The notes: a model not told the origin generated them from the sequence alone. 63,163 nucleotides of DNA, filler included, from Diploschistes diacapsis (GCA_023645945.1; 23 parts of 23 records of this genome joined end to end with filler, not necessarily neighbours in it), one strand, 5' to 3'. Positions 10,875 through 23,598 are shown, counted from the whole stretch's first letter. Translations and numbers: made by a program.

Positions 10875-11980
10875 TCCGTAATGTCCGTTATTAGGACATC
10901 GGTTTTATTTAATGGCGTTATTGTTTTAAATACTCAAAATAGTGCGGATCTAGCCGTCGGTAGCGATCGCTCGGTTATATTATTTGAGATATTTATTCTT
11001 AAGGATATTTAAGTATTATGATTTCTATTTCTATAAAATAAATACGAGATATTAATTAAGGTAGGTTTAGTTTCTGTTAGAAGAAGAATATAAATAAAAG
11101 AAGAAGGTAAAACAGTTATAAATCTTAAACTGTTTTTGAAAAGAAGGTTCTTTAATAATAAAAATAATAAATATAAATTGATCCCGAGTAATAATTAAAG
11201 ATGTCTATAAAAGTAAACACGTTCTAAATTTATAAAGATTATAGCGACGTTCTTATATAGCTAACAGCTCCTTTAATAAAATAAATAAATAGATGAATAG
11301 AATTATCGTTCTTTTCTTCTATTCGTAATTAAGTAGAACGGTCCTTTCGATCTTTTACCCATCACGTGACCCATGTCAGCCTAATTGGACTATATACAAG
11401 GAATAATTGGGAAGTGCCCGACTAACTGTTGCGTGCCAAGTACTACGCCTAGTACCTTGGATCGTAACATAAGAATGATCCGACCGTCCTCGTCGTATAG
11501 ATACAAGCCCTTTTAATCAAAATTCCCCCGTAATCCTGCCTTATATAACTTTTACCCCGATATAAGATTTACTTTCTGTCCAGATATATACATCACATAT
11601 CCTAAATATAACACGTCATTGTTTTACTTCAACCTAACCTTCTTAATATAATCTAAATAAAGCATTCCTTCCCCGATTTTGATTCGTCGTCTTCGAATAG
11701 GAGTTAAATTTCTAAGCAAATATAACTAGTTAATCATATATAATGAAGCGCCGGTATCACCGATTTATTTAATAGAAATAATCTTACTTTTAATAATAAC
11801 GTTTTTAGCTGTATTATTAACTTTATTATTATATAATTAAGGTTCAGGTTTAGGTTCAGGTTTAGATTCTAAACTTTATAAAATTTCAACGAATGAAACT
11901 TTTATATTGTAAACGCGATTGTTCTTACACATCTTATTAAGAATATCTTGAGCTGTCTCTTATAAAAAAAAGAAGATGCC
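10875..11980 (-). mobile_element. RIP-degraded Ty1/copia polyprotein fragment (protease and following beta-barrel region), interrupted by a solo LTR-C
   Basis: Minus translation GDTGASLYMIN*LYLLRNLTPIRRRRIKIGEG...VMYISGQKVNLISG*KL matches the copia DSGAS.HM and V.YVP.L..NLIS motifs. Confidence 0.8.
11014..11469 (+). mobile_element. Solo LTR-C with 4-bp TSD TAAG
   Basis: TATTATGAT (RIP of TGTTATGAT)...CGTAACA, with TAAG at 11010-11013 and 11470-11473. Confidence 0.82.
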
Positions 11981-12080
11981 NNNNNNNNNNNNNNNNNNNN
12001 NNNNNNNNNNNNNNNNNNNNNNNNTTAATTAATTAANNNNNNNNNNNNNNNNNNNNNNNNNNNNNNNNNNNNNNNNNNNN

Positions 12081-14377
12081 GGACGGAAGGGTGGGTAGAG
12101 AGGATGTCGCAGAGGATGTGCAGGGCTGTTGTTTGTAGGGCGGTGTGGCCTTTGGTGAAGCAGTGGATGAAGAGGGTTAGGTTTTCTTCGGCAAGGGTCT
12201 GGGTGATATGGGTTAGTAGGATGGTCATATAACGGAGAATGGAGTAAGTTAAGGGATAGCAGAGGGACGGGATGGAAAGAGACCATACCTTGTCTAAGAG
12301 GCAACACAGGCCGAGGCAGAGGAGGCCACGCTCGCGGATTGGAGCCTCGTGACTTCGTACGGCGGGTACTACGAGATTATTCAGCATGGTGACGAGGTGG
12401 ATGTTGTCCTTAAGGTTGCCGCCAACGTTCTGCAGCATGCATTGCGCGATATGTAGACATTTCATGTTGACCATGATCTCCTTGAAGGCTTTTTCTTCGT
12501 CATCCTCCGGGCTCTCGAGAAGCAGCTTCTTGCTACTAGTCGATCCCTTCTCCGTTGAATCCGTTACCTCAGACTTTGCGGAGTGGAAGCTGTCGTCGGG
12601 ATCACCGGTAACGCTGGGCTCGCCTGCAATGGTATCGTGAACCTCTGCTACAGCCTCGAGGACGATGCCGCAGAATTCGCGCTCTCCGGCAGCATCATCT
12701 CCACATACAAGACAAAGCACTTCAATCACGAGCTTGGTGATCTCTTCAGGGAGCTCTGGAGTGGCAAGTGTCTCGCGAAGTAAAGAGAACATCTTCCGGC
12801 GCCCGACTTCGTCTGAGTAGTCTAGTGTCTGAGCGATATGCAGAAGCTGCTCGACAATGAACTCTTGTTCCACCGTATCCTGTTCAGCTTGATCCTCGCC
12901 CGCATTGGTGCTGGCCCGAAGCTTCTCGATTAGGATATTAATATAGCGTTGGAGAAAGAAGCCTAGTTTTGTGATTTCTGGCAACTTCTCCTCGATAATT
13001 GACTCGTACCTTCCGTCTTTCTCCTGTCGACAGAAATCGTTAAGACTTCTCGCAAGGAATACGCTCTCCGAGGTCAAGTTGTCCCAGAATGAATCCTCAA
13101 ACCTCACGGCTTCCAGGTAGTCAGGCCGACCATCCCAAAATTCTTTCATAGCTTCCAGCGCAATGCCTTTCTCCACGCCCGAATTGATTACATCGATTCT
13201 TTCGAGGAGCTCCAGAAGCGCATCAATGTTAGGCGGTGGTAATTCGGCTGGCTTGTTCCCTTCAGCATCTCTAATTCCAGCGCAATCTTCGATCCATCTC
13301 TCTCGAAAGAGGCGCGCTGTAGCCTTCCGGACGTTCTCGTCGCGGTCGCGTAGTCCCCACCGCAGGAGCTTCTCGCGCATAGAAAGCGAGAGATGTCGAA
13401 AGTCGCCCAGTGCTGGGAGAAGGCGAGAGTAGAGAGCTCGTCGAGTCGCTCCGTCCAGATCCCGCGCTCGCTCTAGCAGGTATGGTAACGTCGCTGGGGT
13501 AAGTGGGAGATTCAAAAGAAGTGACCGCCGAACATCAGCACTGGGATCATTCTGTAGGGATTCTAGGAGCTTGTTCAACAAGCCTGCTGCCTCTTCGTTA
13601 TCGCTGTCGTCCTCCTCATTTTCTTCGCTTGCATCATTGCCCGCCAGGCGACCTAAGCCAAGCGCTGCTTGTACCCTAACCATCGCTTCTTTATCTTTCA
13701 TTCGCTTGGTGAGACCAACTCTAACGAGATTGTAGTATTCGTCGTCAAGGGAGTCTAGACAGTTGACTGTGAAGGATATGATCTGCGTCGCGCGATAGCG
13801 GACAGTCTTTTCCTTCGACATGAGCAATGGTAGAAGTACCGAGAATAGATGTGACGCAAGTCGGGATGTTGGGGTCTCGGGAAAACCTTGATCTTCCGAG
13901 ATCTCTTGCTCCGGTAAGAGCGCCATATCTATTTGATTTTAGCCCGTCTTAAATTCTGCCTCTAGCGTTAGTCTTCATACCTTTCTCGCTTGCATGCTTC
14001 AAGAATTGTCCGAAAAACTTGAGAATGCGATCCCCGGCGCCTTCGGTCTTCTTGACGGTGAGGATGCGAATCATGCATCGCGCTATCTCAGCGTTGAAAT
14101 CATTCTCATCAAATCCATCCAAGCTATCCTTCCCCGGCTTTTGTGGCTCGTAGCAGCAAGTCTCGTGTATTTTCCTTAGACTAACCACCAACTTCCGGTG
14201 CCCGGCGGCAGACTTCTGCGCCTCGCCAAAGATCGCGCATATTTTAATTCGGAGATCTGTGGTCGGCCCCTCCTCTGGAACTAACGTAGCAGACGATTTT
14301 GATTTGAGTGTTGCGGCAGACGACTTGTTCGATGTGCGCGAAGCCGCTGGGTTGCGCGTGGATACCCTTCCTGGCAT
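12081..14377 (-). CDS. YCG1: Condensin non-SMC subunit Ycg1/Cnd3/CAP-G (3' truncated). Exons 14377-13981, 13928-12289, 12198-12081
   Basis: HEAT-repeat motifs VRYRATQ, LQNDPSADVRR, LLERARDLD, LDYSDEVGRRKM and IRERGLLCLGLCCLLDK. GT-AG introns with branch points keep the frame. Confidence 0.93.
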
Positions 14378-14493
14378 TTCGGCGACAGTTATCCTGTTGT
14401 TATAGTCATCCAATGCATCTGCTTTGAAGTATATTAGATTGAAAGATAACGTAAAGATGTTGATGGTTTGTGAGCAGAGGCGGATTAGCGAAA

Positions 14494-14643
14494 GTAAACA
14501 TTAGGAATCACGTGCGCGCTGTTAACGCTTAGCCCGACGTTAGGCGAATGGCGTCATCTGCGACGCAATTGGTAATTCCTAAGCGAAGCGCAGGACTATA
14601 TTACCAAGCTCCTCAGTTTTTAGGCAGGGCATCCGATATAAAA
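14494..14643. promoter_or_regulatory. Motif cluster in the 358-bp bidirectional YCG1/cysteine synthase promoter
   Basis: GTAAACA (forkhead) 14494-14500, TCACGTG (Cbf1/CDEI-type) 14508-14514, ATGGCGTCAT (CYS3/MetR consensus ATGRYRYCAT) 14548-14557, TATAAAA 14637-14643. Confidence 0.6.
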
Positions 14644-14735
14644 CCCTCTATTTGCTTTAATTATAAGATTTTCTCTGTTTATGCCTATCTATTCGTAGTC
14701 CCATCACGTTCTCCTACCCTTCAATCCGCTTCTCA

Positions 14736-15956
14736 ATGCTCACCCGCGGTATCTGTCGCTTTACGACAACGGCAGTCCGCGCCGCCGAAACCCTCGCCCA
14801 AATGGAAGGTCCCAACCGCTATGGCATAAATGTTTCGAAAAGCCAAGGCTACGTGAACGGCTTTGTGGGAGGTAACTTCATTTACATCTTTTCTCCCATA
14901 GCCCATCGCTCACTCCAAAATCCTCTACCTCCCTAACGACTAACCTCTCTTTCAACAGCAATCGGCAACACCCCCCTTATCCGCCTTAACCGCCTCTCGG
15001 AAGAAACAGGTTGCGAGATCCTCGGCAAAGCTGAATTCCAGAACCCTGGCGGTAGCGTCAAGGACCGGGCCGCACTATACGTGATCCAAGACGCCGAAGA
15101 GCGCGGGCAGCTGCGGCCGGGCGGCACCGTGGTAGAGGGCACGGCGGGCAACACGGGGATCGGGCTGGCGCACGTATGCCGGTCCAAGGGCTACAAGCTA
15201 GTCATCTACATGCCGAACACGCAGTCTCAGGGCAAGATCGATCTGCTGCGGCTGCTGGGCGCGGAGGTGTTTCCCGTGCCCGCGGTGGCGTACGAGAACC
15301 CGGAGAACTACAACCACCAGGCCATGAGGCATGCGGAGAAAACGGAGAATGCGGTGTGGACAAATCAGTTCGATAACACGGCGAATCGACGCGCGCATAT
15401 TGAGACGACGGGACCGGAGATCTGGGCGCAGACGCAGGGGAAGGTGGACGCCTTTACATGTGCGACGGGCACGGCGGGGACACTGGCCGGGGTGACGAGG
15501 TATTTGAAGACGGCGTCGGATGGGAAGGTGAAGACTTTCCTGGCAGATCCGCCGGGGAGTGCGCTGCACGCGTATATTGTAAGCGGAGGTAAGTTGACAG
15601 AGAGGACGGGTTCGAGTATTACGGAAGGAATCGGGCAGGGGCGGGTGACGGATAACTTGAAGCCGGATATCGATTTGGTGGACGGGAGCCTGCATATTTC
15701 GGACGAGAAGACCATTGAGATGGTGTACCGGTGTCTGGACGAGGAGGGGCTGTATCTAGGAGCGAGCTCGGCGCTGAACGTCGTTGCGGCGAAGGAGGTC
15801 GCGGAGAAGCTAGGGACGGGGAAGACGGTTGTCACGATTCTGTGCGATGGTGCGTATCGATATGCGGATCGCCTCTTTAGCAAGAAATGGCTGAAGTCCA
15901 AATCTCTGCACAAGGCGATACCGGAGAGGTTACATAAGTATATAGTGCTTGAATAG
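14736..15956 (+). CDS. cysB: Cysteine synthase (O-acetylserine sulfhydrylase) with probable mitochondrial presequence. Exons 14736-14871, 14959-15956
   Basis: Spliced [13 protein letters not shown]-lysine motif [27 protein letters not shown] and TEGIGQG. Confidence 0.93.
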
Positions 15957-16390
15957 ATGGTAACTCCGTCAAATTGTACATATTCAATTTCATCGAGATG
16001 TAGATACTTCCATGAATCAGCGAACGTATATTCAATAAGGCAGCTTGGGCATTTAACATTGCGTGTTGGTAGTATGGGCTTCTCTACAAGCAATTCCCTA
16101 CAAACTAGATCCCTCATTATCTCCTTGTTCTGTTCTTCTCAGAGGTAAGGGTAGAGTCAAATGCTGTGAAATTCCCTCCAAGGAGGATTCTATAGATTCT
16201 CTCTTGACTTGTACCCGTCTAACCCAGACTGGTTTTCGCTTGGCCTCTCTAAAAACGCCGACGCTAATGTAGAAATACAAAAAGAAGATATACAGATACG
16301 TCGATAAAAAGGAGTAAGCTTTTTACAGGGTATCATAGTTCTTGGACAACCCACTGTTCATATGAGCGTTATCCTGTCGAAGAACTGTAC

Positions 16391-19300
16391 TTATTTGCCA
16401 GATGCTTTAGCATCTGCCGAGCTGTTTGTTCCGTTGATAGTCGCTTCTTCTTTTGAGTCAGCCGAAGGAATCGTCTTCTCCTCGGCGATATGATATAGAT
16501 AATCCCCAATGTCTCCCGAGCCCTCAACTTTGCTGATGCGACTTTTGAAGAAGCCTACATCCCGAAGGAGTCTGTTGAGAAATAAGTATTGTTCCTGAAG
16601 GTGGGACCACTCAAGCGTCGCGTCGAGTACATACCTGTCTTTTCCATTCTGGGTTTTGATAATAAGTCCTTGAAATGCTTTACCCCACTGCTCGCGATAA
16701 TTGGCAAGAACAGGTCCCATAATCATCTGTACATCGCTTTCGAAAAGATGCCGGGCCAGAACTCTTTGTAGAGTGGAAGTTTCTTTGATAAGGGTTTCCA
16801 TGTAAGGATTGACTTGCACGTCCGAGGGCAGGTCCCAGTCCACCTTTTTCATGGCACTGATATGAGTAGAAGCCCTTCCGGTCATGATCTCCACAAGCTT
16901 ATCATGAATACCTATACGTTTCTCCTGTAACCTTCGCTTCGTATCGTCGAACTCTGCCATCATCCTACTATGGCTTGGGGTGTGCTTTCGGGAAAATTCC
17001 CTGACGTAGGGTACTACGGTGCTGATGAAATTTAGTGCTTGAGAGGAAAGCGCTAGATGCTTGGTCGTGATGTTCTTCAGCCCAGCGCTTAACGTTGCCC
17101 CAGCGCCCAGGATCAGCTGCGAGGATCGCGAGTTGAACATCTTAATGTAGTCAAGTATTGCGGTAGAAATCTCAGTGCTCATGCTTGGTATCCCCTGCAG
17201 TAGCCTCTCGAAGGTCTCAATACCACCAAGTACAACGATAGCCGAGCTGGGTAGAACGAATTTCTCGTCCTCCAGGACCGCGCCTCGCGCTTTATCCTTT
17301 ATTGCAGTTGCACCGTTTTCGGAGCTAACAGCATCCGCTTTTCTCGTATTGTCAGGCAATATACCATTGAGAGACTGATGATTTCCTAAATCGGGACCTT
17401 CATCCCATACCCAGGTAGCTTTAATCCAAGAATCAATAGGCTTCGTACTTGCCGTGACGATTTGTTCCAAGCGCTTCGTGTCTTCTTCAGTAAAGTCTTT
17501 AGCATCCCATTTGTCAGAATCCATGTGCTCCACAAGTTTCTGTGTTTCTGCTTCGGAAGTTAACCTGACAAAGGTCCTTACATGATCATGGATAATGGCC
17601 TTCAGCGATTCCCCAGAGCGTCCAGAAACAGCTTCGCATTCATCTGCAAACAGTCGGTTCAGTGTGAAGTATCTCAAGAAGAAAGGCATGTCCAAATGGG
17701 TAGTCTGATCAACCCGGACTTTAAGGATCTTTATGATTTGGTCCTGAGCAATACCAACCGCTTCACCTAGTAGGCTGGATAGGTCAAGTGTCTGCTGGAT
17801 TTCATCCTGCCGTACAAGGGTAGGAGGAGGGCCTGGACTTGGTTCAGGTGCTAGGAACCCATTTATTGTTGCACTCTGCGGCGGGCTAAGTAATTGCGGT
17901 GTTCTTGGAGGCGTCTTCAGAGGCAGGTTGACCTGGGGGCTACCAAGGCTACTAGTAATATCCAAGAGGATCTTGACCTGCACTCCAAGCCGTCTTAGCG
18001 CTTCGCCGACGTTAGAATAGACTCTCTTGAACATTTGCTCAGCGTCATCGGCCTCAAGCGACCGCAAGTTCCGAGCAAGGACGGATGATTTTTCCTGGCG
18101 AGATAGCTTTGAGCTGTTAGTTGTAGCAATTGAGGTAGTTGACTCGACGTCGTCATCACTCGAACTTGGGAGATGCCTGCGAATAATGTTCTTAAACTCC
18201 TTGAGGACGGCTTCTCTGTAAGCGACAGCGGCGGTCATGATGGAGTCCGAGCGTGCTAGCCCCTTCAAGTAAGAATTCAGGATTGATCGGAAGGCACCGT
18301 CAATGCTCATATAGCTCGGCATCTCGGATGGCGTTCGTACATGCTGACCTCGCAAGCGGCTAGAAGCTTTATCCCACCGTTGAAACGTTACATTTGATGG
18401 CGCTGTATCAACATGCTTTCTCAGATCCTCAAGGAGGACTTCGATGAACTTAGCTTCGTATGCTCTTCCGATACGCTTTCGCACGTAAGCAATATCCCTG
18501 CTTGCCCCTTCAAGTGCTCTGATTCCACGAAGATCAATTATGCTGCCTTTGTATCCTAACGGATTATGACTTTGTGCGATCGCAGGCAGGTCATCCGCGT
18601 CACCTGCCATCAGCCTTTCCAAACTAACCAGGCCTTTGAGCGCTTCCTCTATCTCACCATTTTCGACTTGAGCCTCGCATTCCGCCATCAGTCGGACGAT
18701 CTCCTCCAGTTGGTGAATGGCTTCTCCTAGTCTCCGAACATTCTCGCGCTTCCGTTTCAACGCGACTATTTTCAAACCGCCTGTGGCCATCTTGCTGTCA
18801 AGGCTATTCAGATTCTCCCGCAAAACCTTGATCTTGCTTACAGATTCCTCAGCTTCCGCATGCAGCTCGCGCAGAGAACCCAGCGCTGCGAAGAACGAAG
18901 TCGACGCTGTAGATATTGACGAAATCAGATGTATTTCAACAGTATCCATATACCACGAGAGCTTCTCTTGAAGGATGGCATTAGCCGCAAGCGCTTTTTT
19001 TCCGGTCCCGCCTGGTGGTATGGCGGTCCCATTGGCTCCTACAGGGGGACGGACAATCTCTGCCCGTTCGCTGACAACGTCAAACGTGCGCGGGTTTTCC
19101 AACCTGAAGCCCTCTTCAAAGTAAACGCTTGGGATTGTGGAAAGTGGAGCAACCACTGGTCCGGCTCTTCTCCCGGTGCCGCTACTGCTTTTACGTCTGT
19201 ACGCATAGTCCAACGCAGTTGTAGAGCTTGAGGAGTCGGTACGATTGAGCTGCGGAGAGGTCGGTATATGTTTCTGTGCAATGCTAGATGAGATATCGCC

Positions 19301-19840
19301 AACAAGTGACCCTGATCGAGATCCTGACCGCGAAGATGGAGGACGGCCATCTTCGTTGTCCTCTTTCGCGCGGCGAAAAGATTCAAAAAGCTGATCTGCT
19401 TGGGTAATATAATCTCTGAACAACTTATCATCCACAGGAGGTATATTGGTAAGGGTTACGGGAGGAATGTCTCGTGTTGAAGGAGGTTTAGGGGCACCCG
19501 GCCCGCTGGTATGCGGGAGAAGGCCCGTTCGGACGATAGGGGGCTGAAGGAGTGTGGAGATAGCTGCTCGTCATATCAGTGTTTGGTGTAAATTCATGTT
19601 GATGCTTATACCATTGTTGGTGGACTCCGTGATAGGGTCCCTGAGCCTTGTTGCAGGCGAAGGCAGGGGCCCACCTACGGAGGTGATGGAGCTTGCTACC
19701 GAAGATCTCCTTGAATGTCTCGGACCTGACAAGCTTGGTCGCTGTAGGCCCTCATGAGCGGAGGTTGACATGCGACTGGAGCCGGGTCGTGATCTCGGCG
19801 ATGCGGCGGTGTCGATAGACCGCCGAGAAGAGGCGGACAT
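16391..19840 (-). CDS. VPS54: GARP complex subunit Vps54. Introns ~19611-19565 and 16634-16572
   Basis: LQEKLSWYMDTVEIHLISSIS...SFFAALGSL and FNSRSSQLILGAGA..AGLKNITTKHLALSSQ are Vps54 signatures. Confidence 0.93.
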
Positions 19841-20174
19841 CGCGCAGAGAGTGAAGGCGGCATGGAGATTCTCCTATTGGTATCCAATGTCTCCGCTGAC
19901 CTCACAGGTGGATATCTATGGCTTACATTGGTCTTGTATTGCTCCAAAGGGAGGAATTTGCCGGGATACGTGAAGTCGTACCTGTAGCTGTTGGAAAGGC
20001 TTAAAGCCGAGAAAGCCGTAGACAAGCTATATGTCCTTCTCGGCAGTTTATGCATTATCCCAAGACGGCCAAAGGCCTGAGTTAAGCATATTTACTACCT
20101 CTTTACTGCTTATGGCCATAGTCTGTCTCTCCGGAGTTGTTACTATCTGTACTTACCGCTGATATTGAAAGCGC

Positions 20175-20206
20175 TCCGGACCTTTACCGATCCGGACCTT
20201 TACCGA
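20175..20206. repeat. Perfect 16-bp tandem duplication TCCGGACCTTTACCGA x2
   Basis: Directly visible upstream of VPS54. Confidence 0.9.
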
Positions 20207-20400
20207 CACTAAAGAGCCAGGTAGCTCTCGAACAGTCAACATAACCATACAGATAAGTGTTTACCGAGACAGACTGAATAGACAACATAGTTACTTTTAG
20301 TATACGTGAATACACACTATCAAAGAATAGCAGCAACAACCAAGAGCCAGACCCCAATACATGGGATGTTCTACCGCATGCTCACAAATCGCCATCTGAT

Positions 20401-23400
20401 TCAAGACCTGATTTCCTTGCGCGGTCGCTTCGGCTGTCCAGATCCTTTGGATCTGCTTTTATCCTTCCCCTTGCCCTTGATCGGCACTCTAATTTGAACC
20501 ATGGAGCTGTTGGGGTCATACTCATCAACCTCTAGTTCAGTCAGCGCCTCGTATGAATCTGTGTCGCTGATGTCAGAGGCTTCCTCTCTTTCGATTTTGG
20601 GTAAGGACTCGTCTTGCTTAGACTCATCATTTTGGGCCCCCGCGAAAACTTTCATACAATCCTGAGACTCTCTGTCTTCAGAACTCTTTCGAAAGGAATC
20701 AGTATTTCTTACGTGGCCTTCATTGTCCGCGGAACCAAAAGAATCAGAACCACTTGGCATGCTCAATGTACTAATAGATGGCGGTGATACAGGTCTTGTA
20801 TTCAAGCGCCTTGAACTCTCCGCTTCAAAGTATTCTTGCATCTCGCGCATAGCTGCATCTGCAGTGTGTACCGAAAAACTCAGCCTTTCCCGCAACGTCA
20901 CAGAAAGGTTCTGTGTGGGAGACATGTTGTCTTTGCATACATAACTTGGTTGCTCTTCATGATCGTCTGCTTCAGGCTTCGCTTCACGCGTCCCTTGAGA
21001 GTCTTTTGGGTCCTCATGGGTTCCATCATCCGCGAGAACTTGTGACTCGGTATGTGAATCAGGGACCAGCTGCGAGTTTAGGCCAACCAAAGGGCTGTAT
21101 CTTCCTCCAATATGCATTTCAAGCTCGGATTCTTGGGGGGAATTGCAGGGCCAGACAACCTCTTCGATTGATAAGCATTCAGAATGATTTACTATTGCCA
21201 AATCTTGAGAGACATAATCAGGAAGACTGTCTGTGTCCGTACTGCTGCTGGGACTTTGATGCCTTACATTCCCGGATTTTTGGCCAGGTGTGCGGAGTTG
21301 ATAGGGATTCATTTTGAAAGATGCTCTCCTAGACGGCAACTCCATGTAGTCTTTACATGGCGCCGATGCATCAGACTCAGCAACTGTGAACACGTTTAGC
21401 TCGGCATAAGGGTGTAATATTTCCAATTCCCCCTTGGACCCAGCTACCGGGCTCTCGCCAATCCTCCTTGTTGAGAAATTGCGGTCTGATCCGGCCTCGA
21501 AGGAGAACTTGCGGAGCGAAGAGTGTACTACTTCCAAGCCCTCATTGAGATCAGTTGCCTGAACGTCCTCCACCTTCCTTGCAGAGAAATTGCGTTCCGA
21601 ATCGGCCTCGAAGGAGAACCTACGTAGCGAAGGTGGCTTCTCTCGGACCTTGCTTGCTTCAGTAAGTTTTGCTTCTCTTTCCATTTCTGAAAGGGGCCTT
21701 GCTTCTTGCTCCATATCTAGTATTGGCGTTGCTTCTTGCTCCATCTCCAATACAGGCCACTCTGGCTCCACCTCCGGCAGGGATGTTGTTTTTTGCTCCA
21801 TCTTTGGTGAGAGCCAGTTGCCTTGGTATGGCTTCAAAGATTCTGAAGGAAAATCTGGGAGTTGTCCCTCAAGAGGCTGGGCCAGAGGCTGTCCCTCTGA
21901 AGGAGCTTGGAAAACGTCCATCAGTGGCGTACCGGCAACATCACCTTGGGCGTTTGTCGGCTTTCTATCGTGCATCGTCTTGAAAGGAGATTCAACACGC
22001 GTGGATCGCTTTAGCGGCCGAAGAGAAGCATGGCTCCAAGGGTCTTGGCGAGAATGATCCCACCAAGGCAGAACGTCCAGGTTAATCCTTGCCCGAGTTA
22101 TTTTCTTCAGGCGAAGTCCTAACTTTTCATGACCCTCAAGGAATGTCGCCTTGATTATAATAGACAAAGTTCGACCCGGGAGCTTGCCGTCCCAGCTTTT
22201 GATCTTAGGACTGTCGGAAGGAAAAAGAAAGCGCGGCTGGTTGTGAGGAAGAGTAATGGGGATCATCCCTCGAAAAACCGAATCTGCGTAATCCCATTGC
22301 AACCATGGCAGATCACATCCCAGCTCATAGTACACGGATCGAAACTCGCTCTTCGCCAATGGACGCCCATGTCGATGGTATTCGGGTTTAATCACAAACT
22401 CATCGCCTTCGCGACCCACAAAAGAAGTATTGCCAAAGGAGATAGTGTCGCGATATTGAACAGCTTGCACGTGGGTTGGGAATGCGGCTGGCGAAATGAA
22501 ACTTCTATTGTCTTTGACTGGAACGAGAAGAACATCCATAGTTCCATATCTCACCCATGGCGCAGCTTCTAAAACGTCGAAGCAATCCAGCGATATGAGC
22601 GACAGCGAAAGATGGCCTTGAATCTTCTCTATGTCGACATATTCATTGGTAAATTGTATGTGCTCTATGACCTTTTGGATTGATCTGTTAACGACACTAC
22701 CCAGATTGAAGCGAATTATGTGCTGCGTAACACATTCCGAAAGCCGGCCCAGGTGTCGAAGCTGCGTGTAGGTATTCTTGAGGTCCAGGACTTGGTATTG
22801 CGCTTCTTCCTCGATCGTTAACACTAGTGATTCTCGGACGACGAAAAGAAGCTCAGCTGCCTCCACGGACATTTGGCTCCAAGACGTACAAGTATCCAGA
22901 TGTTCGACAGACGTACTCTTCGGATCTGCTATGCTATCCCAGGCCTGCAGCACAGGAATGTAAAGGTCCATGGGAGTTTCAATCGATAAGCGTAGGCCTG
23001 TTATGTAGATATGCGGTTGATTCTCGATGTGTGTGCAGTATCTGTGACGGGGGACCTTTTGAATCCCGTAAAGATTGTAGGCCGGAGTATGAGACAATCG
23101 CTAAAGTGAAGCTTGTTACTTATTGCACAGCGCAACGGACCATCGCGCTTATAACACTTACTTGCTCAACCTCGTATGGGGAATCATTGTATTGAGGGCG
23201 ATCCTGAACCGCTGTTGGAACAATCTTCAATGGCTTTTCTTCTTCGCATACGGGAATCGAGCACTTTCTCTTCTTTTTTTCGCTCTGCTGTAACTCCCCC
23301 CCGGGAAAAACAACTGTGCCCACCCCTTGTAGCTCATGCAGAAAAGGGCGTGATTCGGCAGGAAGGGAAAAATGAGAAAATTCACGACTCAGCGGTGACC

Positions 23401-23598
23401 TTAAATGGAGCCGGGGAGTTTCTCGAGGAGACAGGCTTTGAGCGGAAGCTCGAGATGGTGGCGGCACTCTGCAGGAACTATTTGAAACATTGCGTAAAGC
23501 TATGCGGTGAGGGCTAGCAACACCCTTATGTTAGCTAACGAACATGTAGTGCAGAAAGCTACTTACGTTTCCAGGCCTTCATGCCTGTGAGCGGCCAT
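20401..23598 (-). CDS. Hypothetical ~1020-aa protein with a cadherin-like (He_PIG/CADG-like) segment and a long acidic disordered C-terminus. Exons 23598-23567, 23513-23164, 23100-20401
   Basis: An 898-codon ORF extended by two canonical GTAAGT...TAG introns that keep the frame (MAAHRHEGLET/PHRIALRN...YEVEQ/RLSHTP). Motif CDLPWLQWDYADSVFRGMIP. Confidence 0.72.

Noticed and set aside
12199..12288. Several stop-free in-frame introns (YCG1, VPS54, UBP15, PPT1, SPT4) as regulated intron retention
   Set aside because: About five among roughly 35 short introns is not clearly above chance, and all have canonical splice signals.
15365..16117. Long antisense ORFs over cysteine synthase and other genes (for example 47568-48161, 55877-56416, 61196-61705)
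   Set aside because: They are shadow frames of GC3-rich coding sequence.
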